Assembly: GCA_041483895.1 (NCBI GenBank)
Contig: JBGPGO010000005.1
Coordinates: 1-64,000, forward strand
Reading direction: 5' to 3'
DNA from: Fimbriimonadia bacterium
GTDB taxonomy: Bacteria; Armatimonadota; Fimbriimonadia; Fimbriimonadales; JABRVX01
Length of the DNA: 64,000 nt
Numbering within the stretch: position 1 is the stretch's first letter; each line of letters starts with the position of its first letter. The translations under genes and the position numbers were made by a program. Under the pieces are notes generated by a model that worked only from the letters and a program-made list of their open reading frames with translations, was not told the DNA's origin and ran no database searches. Positions 49,924-60,106 of this stretch are shown here, one piece after another.

Positions 49924-52900
49924 GTGAACATCAATGTTAATCGCATTTCTCTTATTGCAGCATCCTTTGTCTCTTTAGGCGCCGCGTGTTTTGCACAGGC
50001 GACATGGCCATTTGTGCCGAAAGACCAGTCGGCGACGGTGACCCTGACCCCGCCATCCATTATCGAAGACAACAAGGACGTCGCCAAGCGCAATCTACTT
50101 ACACCGATCTCCGTGACCTTTACTCACGAACCGCTCCCGATCGATCATCGGGGCCCTGTTGAGAAGTTGTGGGGTTGGGTTGACATTCGTGACAACTACA
50201 ACGGCGATCCGGATGTCGGCATTGAGGGCGGCATCGGTTGGAACAGTCTCTCCGCTGGCAACATTTTTCCGCCGGACAATACCATGGCGGTCGGACCCAA
50301 CAACATCATCGCGGCGACGAACTCGGGCATGCGGTTTTATTCGAAAGCCGGTGCGCAGCAGTTCAACACGTCGTGGGGTACTTTCTTCTCCGGCATTCAG
50401 CCGGGCAGCACCTTCACCTCAGACCCGAAGGTCCTCTACGATGAGGGCAGCGGCCGTTGGTTCGTCCTGATTTTGGCCCTGAAGAGCAACTTGTATTCGT
50501 ACCACTTGATCGCGGTATCGGACGACAGCGATCCAAACGGAACATGGAAGAAGTATGTGCTCGATTCCACATTGAACGGTGCAGTGGCGAGCGGCTATTG
50601 GTCCGATTATCCCGGGCTTGGCGTCAGCCCGGAAGCAATCTATATCACTGGGAACATGTTCAACATTGCGACAGGGGGCTTCGGTTATGTCAAGCTCCGA
50701 ATTATTCCGAAGCAGCAGTTGTTGGACTTCGCGGCCTCCCTCACGTACTCCGATATTTGGAACATCAAGAATGCCGACAATAGTATCGCCAGTACCATTC
50801 AGCCGGCAAATACCTACGGAACCTCGCAGGCTCCGTTTCTAGCGAACGTGAATGGAAGTTCGAGGATTAACGTTTTTGGCGTCAATAACCCGTTGGGTTC
50901 GCCCACTTTGACAGTGAGAAATCTTCCCGTGACCAGTTTCGGAGCGGCCACCACCGCTCAACAACTCGGAGGCACAACCCGGCTTGATACAATTGACACC
51001 CGCGTCTATAACTCCGTCTGGCGCAACAACAAGATATGGTTTGGCCACACGATCAGCAGTTCGGGCGGGGCCGGAAGCCGATGGTATTCGGTTAACACCG
51101 GCAGTTGGCCCGGATCAATTTCGATGAGCAACACCGGCACGGCATCGGTCGCCAGCGTGTATCAATGGTTCCCATCCGTCGCCGTCAACACCGATGACAC
51201 GATGGTGATGGACTTCTCCCGAGCGAGCACAACGGAGTTCGCCTCCATCTACTATTCGTATCGATACGCTACGGACCCGGCAAACACGCTGACGGGGCCG
51301 ATTTCGGCTTTCGCAGGCACGCACTACTACACTGGCGAAGGCGGCACTCCCGTACGATGGGGAGATTACTCGACGACAATCGCGGATCCGGCCGATAAGA
51401 ACAACTTCTGGATGTTCAATGAATATTGCCTATCCGTAGGTTCAACTTGGGTCACGAGGGTTCAGTGCGTCGGTATCGCCGCTCCCGGCGCGCCGACAAC
51501 CATCGTCGCGGACGACAAAACTGGTCAAATCACTTCCACAGTGGTCCTTACGGCAACGCTGACCAAGACGAGCGACGGCAGCCTGCTCGGCGGGAAGACA
51601 ATCGCCTTCAAGGTGGCCGGCGTCTCCGTCGGCTCGGCGGTCACGAATGCAAGCGGCGTCGCGTCGCTCAACTATGTCATGCCTGAACCAGGCGGAACCG
51701 GCAACCAGGTAATCCAGGCTGATTTTGGTGGTGACGGAACCTGTGCCAACTCCACGGACACAGCGAACCTGACCGTCACGCCCGCCAACACTATTACAAC
51801 GGTTAACCCCGCCAGCGGCATGATTGGCCAGACCGTCGCACTGTCCGGAAACCTGAAGAGGGCCACGGATAATACCCCGCTGGGTAGTCGATCGTTAAGT
51901 TTCAAGGTCAGCGGCAATTTGGCAGGCAGCGGAGGTACTGACGGCAGTGGAAACGCTTCTGTGAACTATTACATCGGTGAAGGTGTCGGCGTTGGGAACA
52001 AGACACTCGATGCCAATTTCAATGGCGACGCTATCTACATTGCTTCTTCCGATACCGACGTGCTAACTGTCAATAAGGCAACGACGAGTTTGACGGTGCC
52101 AAACCAAGCCGGTGACTTCGCCGGTTCGGCAACATTGACGGCAACACTTAAGCGTACGACAGACAACGCAAACCTAGTGGGACGCACCGTTAGCTTCAAG
52201 ATCGATGGAGGTTCGGTTGGATCAGGGGTCACGAACGGCAGCGGCGTCGCTTCATATAATTACACGATTGTCGTCGGAGTCGGAGGGCATACAATTACCG
52301 CCGAGTTCGCGGGCGATGCGACCCATCTATCCACAAGCAACACGGGGACGTTGACGGTAAATCAAGCCAACACGGCGATCTCAGTCCTAGGTGTAACGGG
52401 CCAAATCGGTGAAACGGTGAGCTTGAGCGCGACTCTGAGCCGATCGACCGACGGAGCTCTCCTTAGCGGACAGACCGTAAGCTTCACGGTGGACGGCAAC
52501 GGTGCGGGTTCCGGGGTCACGAACGGCAGCGGCGTGGCCTCAGTCAACTACACGATCCCTGAATCCGGTGGGACCGGTGCTCACACCATAGGCGCCAGCT
52601 TTGCCGGAGACCCAAACCACAATGGCTCGTCCAACACGGGGACTCTGACGGTCAATAAGGCCAACACTGCGATCTTCGTCGCTGGCGCAGCAGGTCTAAT
52701 CGGTGAAACGGTGAGCCTGAGCGCGTTACTGAGCCGATCGACCGACGGAGCTCTCCTTAGCGGACAGACCGTAAGCTTCACGGTGGACGGCAACGGTGCG
52801 GGTTCCGGGGTCACGAACGGCAGCGGCGTGGCCTCAGTCAGCTACACGATCCCTGAATCCGGTGGGACCGGTGCTCACACGATAGGCGCCAGCTTCGCCG

Positions 52901-53679
52901 GAGACCCAAATCACAATGGCTCGTCCAATACGGGAACATTGACGGTCAACAAGGCGCCGACCGACCTATCTGTACCGAATCAGGCGGGAAGTACAGGTGG
53001 ATCGGTGAACTTGACCGCCACACTGTCTCGTACGACTGACGGCGCAAACTTGGCCGCTCGCAGTGTCGATTTCAAGATCGACGGCGGCTTGGTCGGTTCC
53101 GGTGTGACCAACGGTTCGGGTGTCGCGAGCTACAGCTACACGATTGTGGTGGGCGCAGGTTCTCACACGATTACCGCGGAGTTTGCCGGCGACTCGACCC
53201 ATCTGTCGACGAGTGGCACGGGCAACCTCGACGTGACCAATACGAACGCCACGGTGACCGGAAATGTGGAGCTGCAAAACCTCGCGATCAGCCCAGCGGG
53301 CTTCGCCGCGACGATTGAATTCCGCACGCCGAGCACTTTGACGGTGATCTACAGCGACACAATCACGCTGGACGGATCGGGCGACTATTCGGTGGCGAAC
53401 GTTCCGGCCGGCACGTACGATGTGGCCGTGAAATTCTCGAACTGGCTACGGCAGGTCCTGCCGAGCGTTGTGGTATCCACACCGACGACCGCAGGAGTGA
53501 ACTTCTCGCTGGTCAATGGGGACGCGGACGACAGCAACAGCGTAGATGTCAACGACCTGAACGAGATATTCGGCAACTTCACGCTGACTGGTGATGGGGA
53601 TATCGACTGGGACGGCATCGTTGCCCTTCCCGATCTCAATATCGTCATCGTCAATTTCGCCCAGATCGGGCAAGATTAG
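49924..53679 (+). CDS. large secreted protein with Ig-like repeats and C-terminal dockerin-like domain
   Basis: GTG after AGGAGG; PPD..AVGP, DP...YD, DYP, RWGDYS N-terminal domain; ~6 Ig-like repeats (TNGSGVAS); NGDADDSNSVDVND. Confidence 0.8.
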   Translation: MNINVNRISLIAASFVSLGAACFAQATWPFVPKDQSATVTLTPPSIIEDNKDVAKRNLLTPISVTFTHEPLPIDHRGPVEKLWGWVDIRDNYNGDPDVGIEGGIGWNSLSAGNIFPPDNTMAVGPNNIIAATNSGMRFYSKAGAQQFNTSWGTFFSGIQPGSTFTSDPKVLYDEGSGRWFVLILALKSNLYSYHLIAVSDDSDPNGTWKKYVLDSTLNGAVASGYWSDYPGLGVSPEAIYITGNMFNIATGGFGYVKLRIIPKQQLLDFAASLTYSDIWNIKNADNSIASTIQPANTYGTSQAPFLANVNGSSRINVFGVNNPLGSPTLTVRNLPVTSFGAATTAQQLGGTTRLDTIDTRVYNSVWRNNKIWFGHTISSSGGAGSRWYSVNTGSWPGSISMSNTGTASVASVYQWFPSVAVNTDDTMVMDFSRASTTEFASIYYSYRYATDPANTLTGPISAFAGTHYYTGEGGTPVRWGDYSTTIADPADKNNFWMFNEYCLSVGSTWVTRVQCVGIAAPGAPTTIVADDKTGQITSTVVLTATLTKTSDGSLLGGKTIAFKVAGVSVGSAVTNASGVASLNYVMPEPGGTGNQVIQADFGGDGTCANSTDTANLTVTPANTITTVNPASGMIGQTVALSGNLKRATDNTPLGSRSLSFKVSGNLAGSGGTDGSGNASVNYYIGEGVGVGNKTLDANFNGDAIYIASSDTDVLTVNKATTSLTVPNQAGDFAGSATLTATLKRTTDNANLVGRTVSFKIDGGSVGSGVTNGSGVASYNYTIVVGVGGHTITAEFAGDATHLSTSNTGTLTVNQANTAISVLGVTGQIGETVSLSATLSRSTDGALLSGQTVSFTVDGNGAGSGVTNGSGVASVNYTIPESGGTGAHTIGASFAGDPNHNGSSNTGTLTVNKANTAIFVAGAAGLIGETVSLSALLSRSTDGALLSGQTVSFTVDGNGAGSGVTNGSGVASVSYTIPESGGTGAHTIGASFAGDPNHNGSSNTGTLTVNKAPTDLSVPNQAGSTGGSVNLTATLSRTTDGANLAARSVDFKIDGGLVGSGVTNGSGVASYSYTIVVGAGSHTITAEFAGDSTHLSTSGTGNLDVTNTNATVTGNVELQNLAISPAGFAATIEFRTPSTLTVIYSDTITLDGSGDYSVANVPAGTYDVAVKFSNWLRQVLPSVVVSTPTTAGVNFSLVNGDADDSNSVDVNDLNEIFGNFTLTGDGDIDWDGIVALPDLNIVIVNFAQIGQD

Positions 53680-53704
53680 CGCCGGGTCAGACGAACTGAG
53701 CATC

Positions 53705-53737
53705 AACGGCTCCTGGGCACGGTGCCCAGGAGCCGTT
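53705..53737. terminator. perfect palindrome, probable terminator
   Basis: AACGGCTCCTGGGCAC-g-GTGCCCAGGAGCCGTT after the stop of the large gene. Confidence 0.55.
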
Positions 53738-53821
53738 CTCTCGTCCCGCCTGTTGGAACTAATCTTGACAGAAAACCGTTCCACCGGGTAAGCCAAACTA
53801 TTCTATTGCAGGGGGAACAAG

Positions 53822-54439
53822 ATGCCATTTGTCGAACTGACCGCGAAGCCGCTTCCGGAGAAGATATTCAAGACCGAAAGCAACGGGATTTCCCGAAAGA
53901 CCCACGAGGAGCATTTCAAGCTTTACACCGGATACGTCAATAAGACGAATGAAGTCCGCAAGGCGATCGCCGCGCTGACAGATGAGGACTTCGCCGCTGC
54001 CAATCAGAGCTATTCCAAAATACGTTCGCTCAAGACAGACCTGACGTTCGCCTTGGGCGGCGTGTACAACCATGAGCTGTATTTCGAGATCCTGGGGGGA
54101 GGCGGCGGACCGGCGGCCGGACCGGTCGCGCAGCTGATTTCCCGGGATTTTGGCTCATTCGAGAAGTACTCCCAGGACCTGAAGGCGACCGGCATCGCCG
54201 CGCGAGGTTGGGTCTGGACGGCGGTGAATCAGGCGACGGGCGAGCTGTTCAACTATCTTGGCGACGCGCAGAACACCTTCCCTGTCTGGGGCGCAACGCC
54301 CGTTTTGGCGCTGGACACGTATGAGCATGCCTACTATCTGGACTTCGCGACGGGACGAGCCGGGTACATCGATGCGTTCCTGAAGTCCATCGACTGGGAC
54401 GCGGTGAACCAAAGGCTGGCCAAAGCCCCCGGCAGGTAA
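53822..54439 (+). CDS. Fe/Mn superoxide dismutase
   Basis: HFKLYTGYV, NHELYF, RGWVW, LALDTYEHAYYLD. Confidence 0.9.
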   Translation: MPFVELTAKPLPEKIFKTESNGISRKTHEEHFKLYTGYVNKTNEVRKAIAALTDEDFAAANQSYSKIRSLKTDLTFALGGVYNHELYFEILGGGGGPAAGPVAQLISRDFGSFEKYSQDLKATGIAARGWVWTAVNQATGELFNYLGDAQNTFPVWGATPVLALDTYEHAYYLDFATGRAGYIDAFLKSIDWDAVNQRLAKAPGR

Positions 54440-54566
54440 CGCTGCCTTCCCGGATCGCTGCCTTCCAGGCGACAGATTTCCTCGTAACGCTGCCTTCCAG
54501 GCGGCAATGCCGGCAGGATGCCGGGGCTCCCGGATTAGACTTATGCCGGCAGGATGCCAGCGTTAC
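54436..54566. repeat. cluster of family D palindromes
   Basis: GTAACGCTGCCTTCC.., TGCCGGCAGGATGCC(G/A)G.. units; the first contains the SOD stop. Confidence 0.8.
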
Positions 54567-54611
54567 TGGGGCCATTTGGCTTCCCACCGCAACATCCGGC
54601 GATGGGTGGCG

Positions 54612-54617
54612 TATAAT
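54612..54617 (+). promoter_or_regulatory. -10 element upstream of ssrA
   Basis: TATAAT 12 nt before the mature tmRNA 5' end. Confidence 0.55.
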
Positions 54618-54629
54618 ATATGGTGAAAA

Positions 54630-54984
54630 GGGGGCGAACGGGTTCGACAGAATCGGTTTGCACCCAGGTTGCGAGCCGAGGCGCCGTTGGCCTCGTAAAA
54701 AAGCGGCAAAAACAGTAACTGCGAACAACAACTTCGCTTACGCTGCCTAATTAAGTGCAGCCGTTCCTTCGAGTCGGGCCGGTAGGCTCAAAAGGGGCGT
54801 GATCAAATCCGGCTAGTCTGACGGGCTTCTGTTCGTAGTACCGTCGGCCGAAACTAAACCGAACTGGCGCGAAGGCCGCCGAGCCTGTAGGCAAGTCCCG
54901 CGCAAGATAAAAATCAGGCTACGCTCGTAGAAGCTTGGGAGGCATCGGTTTTGGAAGGGGGTTCAATTCCCCCCGCCTCCACCA
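54630..54984 (+). ncRNA. ssrA: tmRNA, tag ANNNFAYAA (54721-54750)
   Basis: GGGGGCG..GGTTCGAC 5' end, G3-U acceptor, GGTTCAATTCCCCCCGCCTCCACCA 3' end, tag reading frame ending AA-stop. Confidence 0.95.
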
Positions 54985-54992
54985 AAAACATC

Positions 54993-55697
54993 ATGGACAT
55001 TCCAGCCGCGCCGGAAGCGGAACAACCGAAGATTCGCCTGTTCAATCGGGACGAATACTATAAGATGGCCGAGGTGGGCATCCTCGGCCCGGAAGACCGC
55101 GTCGAGTTGCTGGGCGGGGAGATATTCATCAAGCATACGGACTGCGAGACCCGGCGATTCACGCGTGATGAATACTACAAGATGGCGGAAGTCGGTATCC
55201 TTCGTCCCGATGAACGGGTTGAGCTCATTGAAGGGGAAATCGTCGAGATGAGTCCGCAAAACGCCCCGCACGCAGCGACGCTGATTCTCGCCGAGGAAAT
55301 CGTCCGTGGAATTTTTGGCGACGGATACGTCGTCCGAATTCAAATGCCGCTGGACATCGGCGAAAAATCGTCTCCCGAACCGGACATCCTAGTGGTTGCA
55401 GGTTCAGCAAGGGATCAGTTCAAAGGTCATCCGAAGACAGGTGTTCTGGTCATCGAAATAACCGACTCATCCAGCAAATCAGACATTACAACCAAGCCCG
55501 GCATTTATGCTTCTGTCGGAATCCAGGAGTATTGGGTTGTGCTTGTACAGGACCGCAAGATTATCGTCCATCGGTCGCCGGCATCGGGGACCGGCGGCGG
55601 ACAATACGCTGATATCACGGTCGTTGAACCCGGAGATCAGATTTCTGCGCTTGGGAATCCCACAAAACTTATATCGGTAAGCGACTTTTTCGTGTAA
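54993..55697 (+). CDS. Uma2/DUF820 endonuclease-like protein with duplicated N-terminal module
   Basis: DEYYKMAEVGIL..RVEL..GEI twice; PEPD, LVIEI, YASVGIQEYWVV. Confidence 0.85.
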   Translation: MDIPAAPEAEQPKIRLFNRDEYYKMAEVGILGPEDRVELLGGEIFIKHTDCETRRFTRDEYYKMAEVGILRPDERVELIEGEIVEMSPQNAPHAATLILAEEIVRGIFGDGYVVRIQMPLDIGEKSSPEPDILVVAGSARDQFKGHPKTGVLVIEITDSSSKSDITTKPGIYASVGIQEYWVVLVQDRKIIVHRSPASGTGGGQYADITVVEPGDQISALGNPTKLISVSDFFV

Positions 55698-55786
55698 TCG
55701 CTTAGTTCAGGGCGCAAATTTCGGCTCCACGCTACTCAATTCCACCGAATCTTGATACAATACGCTTACAAAAGGGAGCGTATGTC

Positions 55787-56587
55787 ATGGCAAAACGGGC
55801 CTTTACCCTCATCGAACTGCTCGTCGTGATCGCGATCATCGCCATCTTGGCCGCGATCCTGTTCCCCGTGTTCGCGGCTGCCCGGCAGTCTGCGAGGACC
55901 ACCACCACGCTGTCCAACCTCAAGCAGGTTTCGGCGGCGGTTCTGATGTACGTGGACGACAACGACACGCGCACGCCGCAGGTCTATTACGGCGGCTGGT
56001 TCACCGGTTATCCCGACGTGAATTGGACCTTTGTCACATGGAACACGCTCGTCTACAAATATGTGAAGAGCGGAGAGACGATGAACGATGCCGCCCGGTT
56101 GCCGGCGGTCTACTTCCACCCGCCCGGCTCAAAAGCCTCGAACGGCAAGGATCAATTCAACTGGTTCGGATGGGCGACTATGGCCGGCAACGAGCGGGGA
56201 CTGTTCGGCTGGTGGGAATTTCGCGGGGGATGGATTTTTCATCAAGGCCGAAAATATTCCTCCCAACAGAACCTCTCGCAGCGCTCGATGCTGCTGGTGA
56301 CGCGCGACCCGCGCGACCATGAGTGGGGCAGCTTCATTTACGTCAATTTCGATGCGGCCAATCCAAACACGGACCCGAAGGCGAGCCAAGAGACATATTA
56401 TTGGAACAACAATGTGTGGGCGGCGCAACGATACCATCGGGATCGAGTGTGCACTGTCTTCGCCGATACGCATGCGAAAACAGTCAACAACATCTACATG
56501 CCACCAAACTCCTCCTATACATATTGGTCGAATTGGGACCCGGAAAAGAAGGCGTTCTGGGGCGACGACGTAAGTGCGACCAAATAA
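55787..56587 (+). CDS. prepilin-type N-terminal cleavage/methylation protein (DUF1559/H-X9-DG type)
   Basis: AFTLIELLVVIAIIAILAAILFPVFA, SNLKQ, YHRDRVCTVFADTHAK. Confidence 0.9.
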   Translation: MAKRAFTLIELLVVIAIIAILAAILFPVFAAARQSARTTTTLSNLKQVSAAVLMYVDDNDTRTPQVYYGGWFTGYPDVNWTFVTWNTLVYKYVKSGETMNDAARLPAVYFHPPGSKASNGKDQFNWFGWATMAGNERGLFGWWEFRGGWIFHQGRKYSSQQNLSQRSMLLVTRDPRDHEWGSFIYVNFDAANPNTDPKASQETYYWNNNVWAAQRYHRDRVCTVFADTHAKTVNNIYMPPNSSYTYWSNWDPEKKAFWGDDVSATK

Positions 56588-56590
56588 GCC

Positions 56591-57334
56591 CTAATTGCCG
56601 TTCAGCGCAAGGTTGCCGACGGCCCGGGCCTTCGGCGGCGGGGAGAACTGGAACCAAGAGGCATAGGTGGTGTTGTCTTCCATCGGTTCGGAGACGGCCT
56701 TCCACGTGGTCATGACTCGCTTGGAACCGCTGCCGGTTACCTTCGTGAATTCCACAGAACGCAGCGCCGTCTCCCCATCGATTGGCTTCCATACTTTGAA
56801 AGTGTACTGTTCGCCCTGTGTAGCCTCACCCTTGCCGACCAACTGCCGCATTGTGATGGTGTATTGCGACCCGGCATCCGACTTCGCCGTATTGGTGATC
56901 GTCGTTTCGGGAAACGCGAGCAGGTTGGTGTCGCCGGCGAGCAGGTTCAAAGCGATCGCGGTCTTTGCGGGACCAAGGGTCTTCATCCGGGCAATGGCTC
57001 CGCCAAAACCTCCGGCTTGGGCAACGATCGTGTACTCTTTCGCCGCTGGGTCCCACCGCCAGATGTGGCTGCCGTCGGCAATGATGAGGGTGAACGATTT
57101 GCCCTCATAGGTCTCGATGCGGAACTTGTCCGGGCCGGAACGGTAGGCATTGACCCGAATTGCGACCCTTTTTTCGCCGACCGCGACTTCGCCGGTGAGG
57201 GAAACATAGGCATTCTTGGCGCTTGATATCTGGGAGAAGGCCTCTTGTACGAGACCCGTGGCGACGTCATCGTCCGCCCATGCTAGGCAGGCAGGCAGAA
57301 AAACGAGGCAAAGGAGGACAGCGCGTATCGTCAT
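56591..57334 (-). CDS. secreted LolA/DUF2092-like protein
   Basis: signal peptide, PDKFRIE, IADGSHIWRWDP..EYT, FQFSPPPKA. Confidence 0.65.
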   Translation of the reverse strand: MTIRAVLLCLVFLPACLAWADDDVATGLVQEAFSQISSAKNAYVSLTGEVAVGEKRVAIRVNAYRSGPDKFRIETYEGKSFTLIIADGSHIWRWDPAAKEYTIVAQAGGFGGAIARMKTLGPAKTAIALNLLAGDTNLLAFPETTITNTAKSDAGSQYTITMRQLVGKGEATQGEQYTFKVWKPIDGETALRSVEFTKVTGSGSKRVMTTWKAVSEPMEDNTTYASWFQFSPPPKARAVGNLALNGN

Positions 57335-57394
57335 TGGTGATTTAGACGGGCCCGCTCTGTCCTTTGTTCCTAGTAGCACCACAAAATCATGGTC

Positions 57395-59038
57395 TTAGTC
57401 ATCTCCGATACGGGCCCAATTCAAGAAGATGATGGTTAGGTCGCGCACGTCTACCGTGCCGTTCCAGTCCAGGTCACCTTCACGAACCGTTTCACCAAAG
57501 TCTAGGAAGACTATGTTCAGGTCCTTATGCTCCACAAACTTGCTGTAATCTGCATCACCGTTGTACATGGAGAAGTCGAGGTCCATAGCAGGCGCTGCCA
57601 AAAATAGGTTCGCAAATAGGCGGTTGAGCCAATGGTCCGCATCGACGTGAAGATCGTATTCACCGGTCGCGAACAGGGTCGTGGCGTAGTGCCCATCTGC
57701 GCCCAGCGTGGGAAAATCGTACCAGGCGACGGTTGTTGTCCCCGGATCTCGGAAGATGAAAGTAGAGCTGAAACCGGGCGGACCCGCGTAGTATTCCAAA
57801 GTCAAATTGCCCAGCAATTTCGATCTTGTAAGCTTGCACGCAGCTTCGTGGTCCAGGTATTGATTGATTCGATCAATGCAGCGGGGATGGAAGTTGAGGT
57901 GGATGTTCCACATTCCGCCACTGCAAATATGGCAGTAACTCATGATCGTGCCGCCTTCGGGCGGGACAACGCAATCGATTCCACAGGTATCGATGGGAGG
58001 AACGTAGCCATCATGAGTGTGGAGCGTACCGAACTGGTGACCCATCTCGTGCGCGACGACATAAGGGTCCCAGTTCCGGCCATCCACATCTAGCTTGGTG
58101 TTGAAAACTCCGGCGAGGTTGGCGCTGACGCAGTAGCCATACGCGCCGTTGCAAATGACTCCCACCCATGCGACGCCGCCGCCGAGCCCGCGCCCAGACA
58201 AAAAGTGGGCAGCGGCCCTGTGCACTCCGCCCATATTCGTATTCCAATAGCTTTGAAATTGGCCGAGCTCATCGCCGGTGTTGCCGGCATCCCATGGGTC
58301 CGTTCCCTTCCAGAGGCGCAGGTAGCCGACGATGATGCGGGTCTGAACGTCGCGATTGTAAATCGTGTCCATTGCGCCGAAAAGCTGGGCGACGTAAGTC
58401 GCGGACTTTGTGAGGTTTCCGCGGAAAATGCCGGTAAATTCCGTATCCGTTTCGAGGGCGATGTTGGCTGCCCTGGGACCCGTGCCGGCTGCGGCTTCGA
58501 CATCGTAGCTGAGCTGCTCGCTCTGAACCGGGGGAATCCGCGTTTCACACGACCAGTTGTTGATGTGCATCGGTCCGTCGATTATGGAGATCACCGCGTC
58601 CGGCTCTCCGGTGGTGCGGCCTCCGCCGATCAGATAGGTTTCGCCATTTCGCGTAACCCAACCGTTGCAGCTGCCAGGCGCCAATCCGAGATAGACCTCG
58701 CTCCCGTCCTCCCCTTCAATCTGGCCACGGAGCAACAGCACATCCGGCTGCGGGAGCGGGATGTCGCCGCTCGGGCTGCCCAGGACGATATGGCTGGCAG
58801 GCCCAAGGACGGAAAAGGGATGCACGATAAGGTTCACCTTGCGCCAGCTATCCAACGCGAAATCGGTCAGGTGGATGTCGCCGCGCGCGGTCTTCAAGGC
58901 AGCGTACAACGATGCGTCAATCTGCATCGGCGTACCCACTTCGAGCGTGACGCCGGTAACGATAAGCGGCGATCGATAATCGCTCGCGAAACAAGCGACA
59001 GCAAACAGAGATGCCAAGATTGTGATGCGAATTTTCAT
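57395..59038 (-). CDS. reprolysin-like (M12) zinc metallopeptidase with C-terminal dockerin-like domain
   Basis: GGVAW..C, HEMGHQFGTLH, TIMSY Met-turn; NGDAD..GDLDWNGTVDVRD. Confidence 0.85.
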   Translation of the reverse strand: MKIRITILASLFAVACFASDYRSPLIVTGVTLEVGTPMQIDASLYAALKTARGDIHLTDFALDSWRKVNLIVHPFSVLGPASHIVLGSPSGDIPLPQPDVLLLRGQIEGEDGSEVYLGLAPGSCNGWVTRNGETYLIGGGRTTGEPDAVISIIDGPMHINNWSCETRIPPVQSEQLSYDVEAAAGTGPRAANIALETDTEFTGIFRGNLTKSATYVAQLFGAMDTIYNRDVQTRIIVGYLRLWKGTDPWDAGNTGDELGQFQSYWNTNMGGVHRAAAHFLSGRGLGGGVAWVGVICNGAYGYCVSANLAGVFNTKLDVDGRNWDPYVVAHEMGHQFGTLHTHDGYVPPIDTCGIDCVVPPEGGTIMSYCHICSGGMWNIHLNFHPRCIDRINQYLDHEAACKLTRSKLLGNLTLEYYAGPPGFSSTFIFRDPGTTTVAWYDFPTLGADGHYATTLFATGEYDLHVDADHWLNRLFANLFLAAPAMDLDFSMYNGDADYSKFVEHKDLNIVFLDFGETVREGDLDWNGTVDVRDLTIIFLNWARIGDD

Positions 59039-59074
59039 GCCAAGCCTCCACAACATCTATTAACTGTTAACAGG

Positions 59075-60028
59075 TCAGCCGCCCGCCGGTTCCGCAAACA
59101 ACCGCAATGCGGCCGCCAGGTCAACATTTCCACCGCTTAGGATGACTCCTACCCGTCCGGTTGCCTTTGCTTTCCCGTCGAACACCGCCGCCAGAGCCAA
59201 GGCTCCAGTCGGTTCGACGACCAGCTTCATCCGTTCCCAGAGAAACCGCATCGTACGGATGATGGCGGCATCCGACACAGACACCATGTCGTGAGCATGC
59301 TTCAGAATGATCGGGAATGTCAGTTCTCCGAGAGACGGGGTGCGAGCGCCGTCGGCTATGGTGTCGGGATTGTGGACGGTTTGCAGGGTCTTTGTGTGAA
59401 AGGACCGGACCCCATCGTCGCCGGCATCCGGCTCGACGCCGATCACTTTGCATCCTGGCGAAAGCGCGTGCGCTGAGAGACAGCAGCCGGACAGCAAGCC
59501 ACCCCCTCCACAAGGGACGATCAGAGTGTCGAGTTCCCCTACCTCCTCAAACAGCTCTTTGGCGCACGTCCCCTGCCCCGCGATGATGTCGGGATGATCG
59601 TAGGGCGGGATGATGGTGAGACCGCGTTCTTCGGCAATCGTTCTGCCGAGCGATTCCCGCGTCGTTTGATCTTTGTCATAGAGAATCACTTCGCCACCGT
59701 ATGCTTTCGTGGCGGCCACCTTGATATCCGGCGCGTCGGTCGGCATGATAATCGTGGTTGGGATGCCGGTCAGGCTTCCCGCGAGGGCCAGGGCTTGGGC
59801 ATGGTTGCCGGAGGAATATGTCAAGACCCCCGACTGACCCTGGGACAGGTTGGATAGAGCGTTGTATGCGCCGCGGAACTTGAAGGCTCCGACCCGCTGG
59901 AAGTTCTCGCACTTGAAGAACAGGCGCGCTCCCACGATGCCATCGGCGGTTCTGGAAGTAGCAACGGGAGTCTTTGTCGCAACTCCGTCAATTCGCTCCG
60001 CCGCCCGATGCACATCGGTAAAATCCAC
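59075..60028 (-). CDS. PLP-dependent serine/threonine dehydratase family (threo-3-hydroxyaspartate ammonia-lyase-like)
   Basis: KCENFQRVGAFKFRGA, SSGNHAQ, PCGGGGL, TIADG, SGGNVD. Confidence 0.88.
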   Translation of the reverse strand: MDFTDVHRAAERIDGVATKTPVATSRTADGIVGARLFFKCENFQRVGAFKFRGAYNALSNLSQGQSGVLTYSSGNHAQALALAGSLTGIPTTIIMPTDAPDIKVAATKAYGGEVILYDKDQTTRESLGRTIAEERGLTIIPPYDHPDIIAGQGTCAKELFEEVGELDTLIVPCGGGGLLSGCCLSAHALSPGCKVIGVEPDAGDDGVRSFHTKTLQTVHNPDTIADGARTPSLGELTFPIILKHAHDMVSVSDAAIIRTMRFLWERMKLVVEPTGALALAAVFDGKAKATGRVGVILSGGNVDLAAALRLFAEPAGG

Positions 60029-60070
60029 CCAGCGATCCTACCCGGTGAGAGGTAAATCCGGACGCCCTAG

Positions 60071-60079
60071 TGCTATACT
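60071..60079 (+). promoter_or_regulatory. extended -10 promoter element for purFM
   Basis: TGcTATACT ~28 nt before the proposed purF start. Confidence 0.5.
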
Positions 60080-60106
60080 GCTAAGTAGAGACGCGCGGAG
60101 GGAACC

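Noticed and set aside
54985..56590. Prophage or genomic island at ssrA
   Set aside because: No integrase and no repeat of the tmRNA 3' end downstream.
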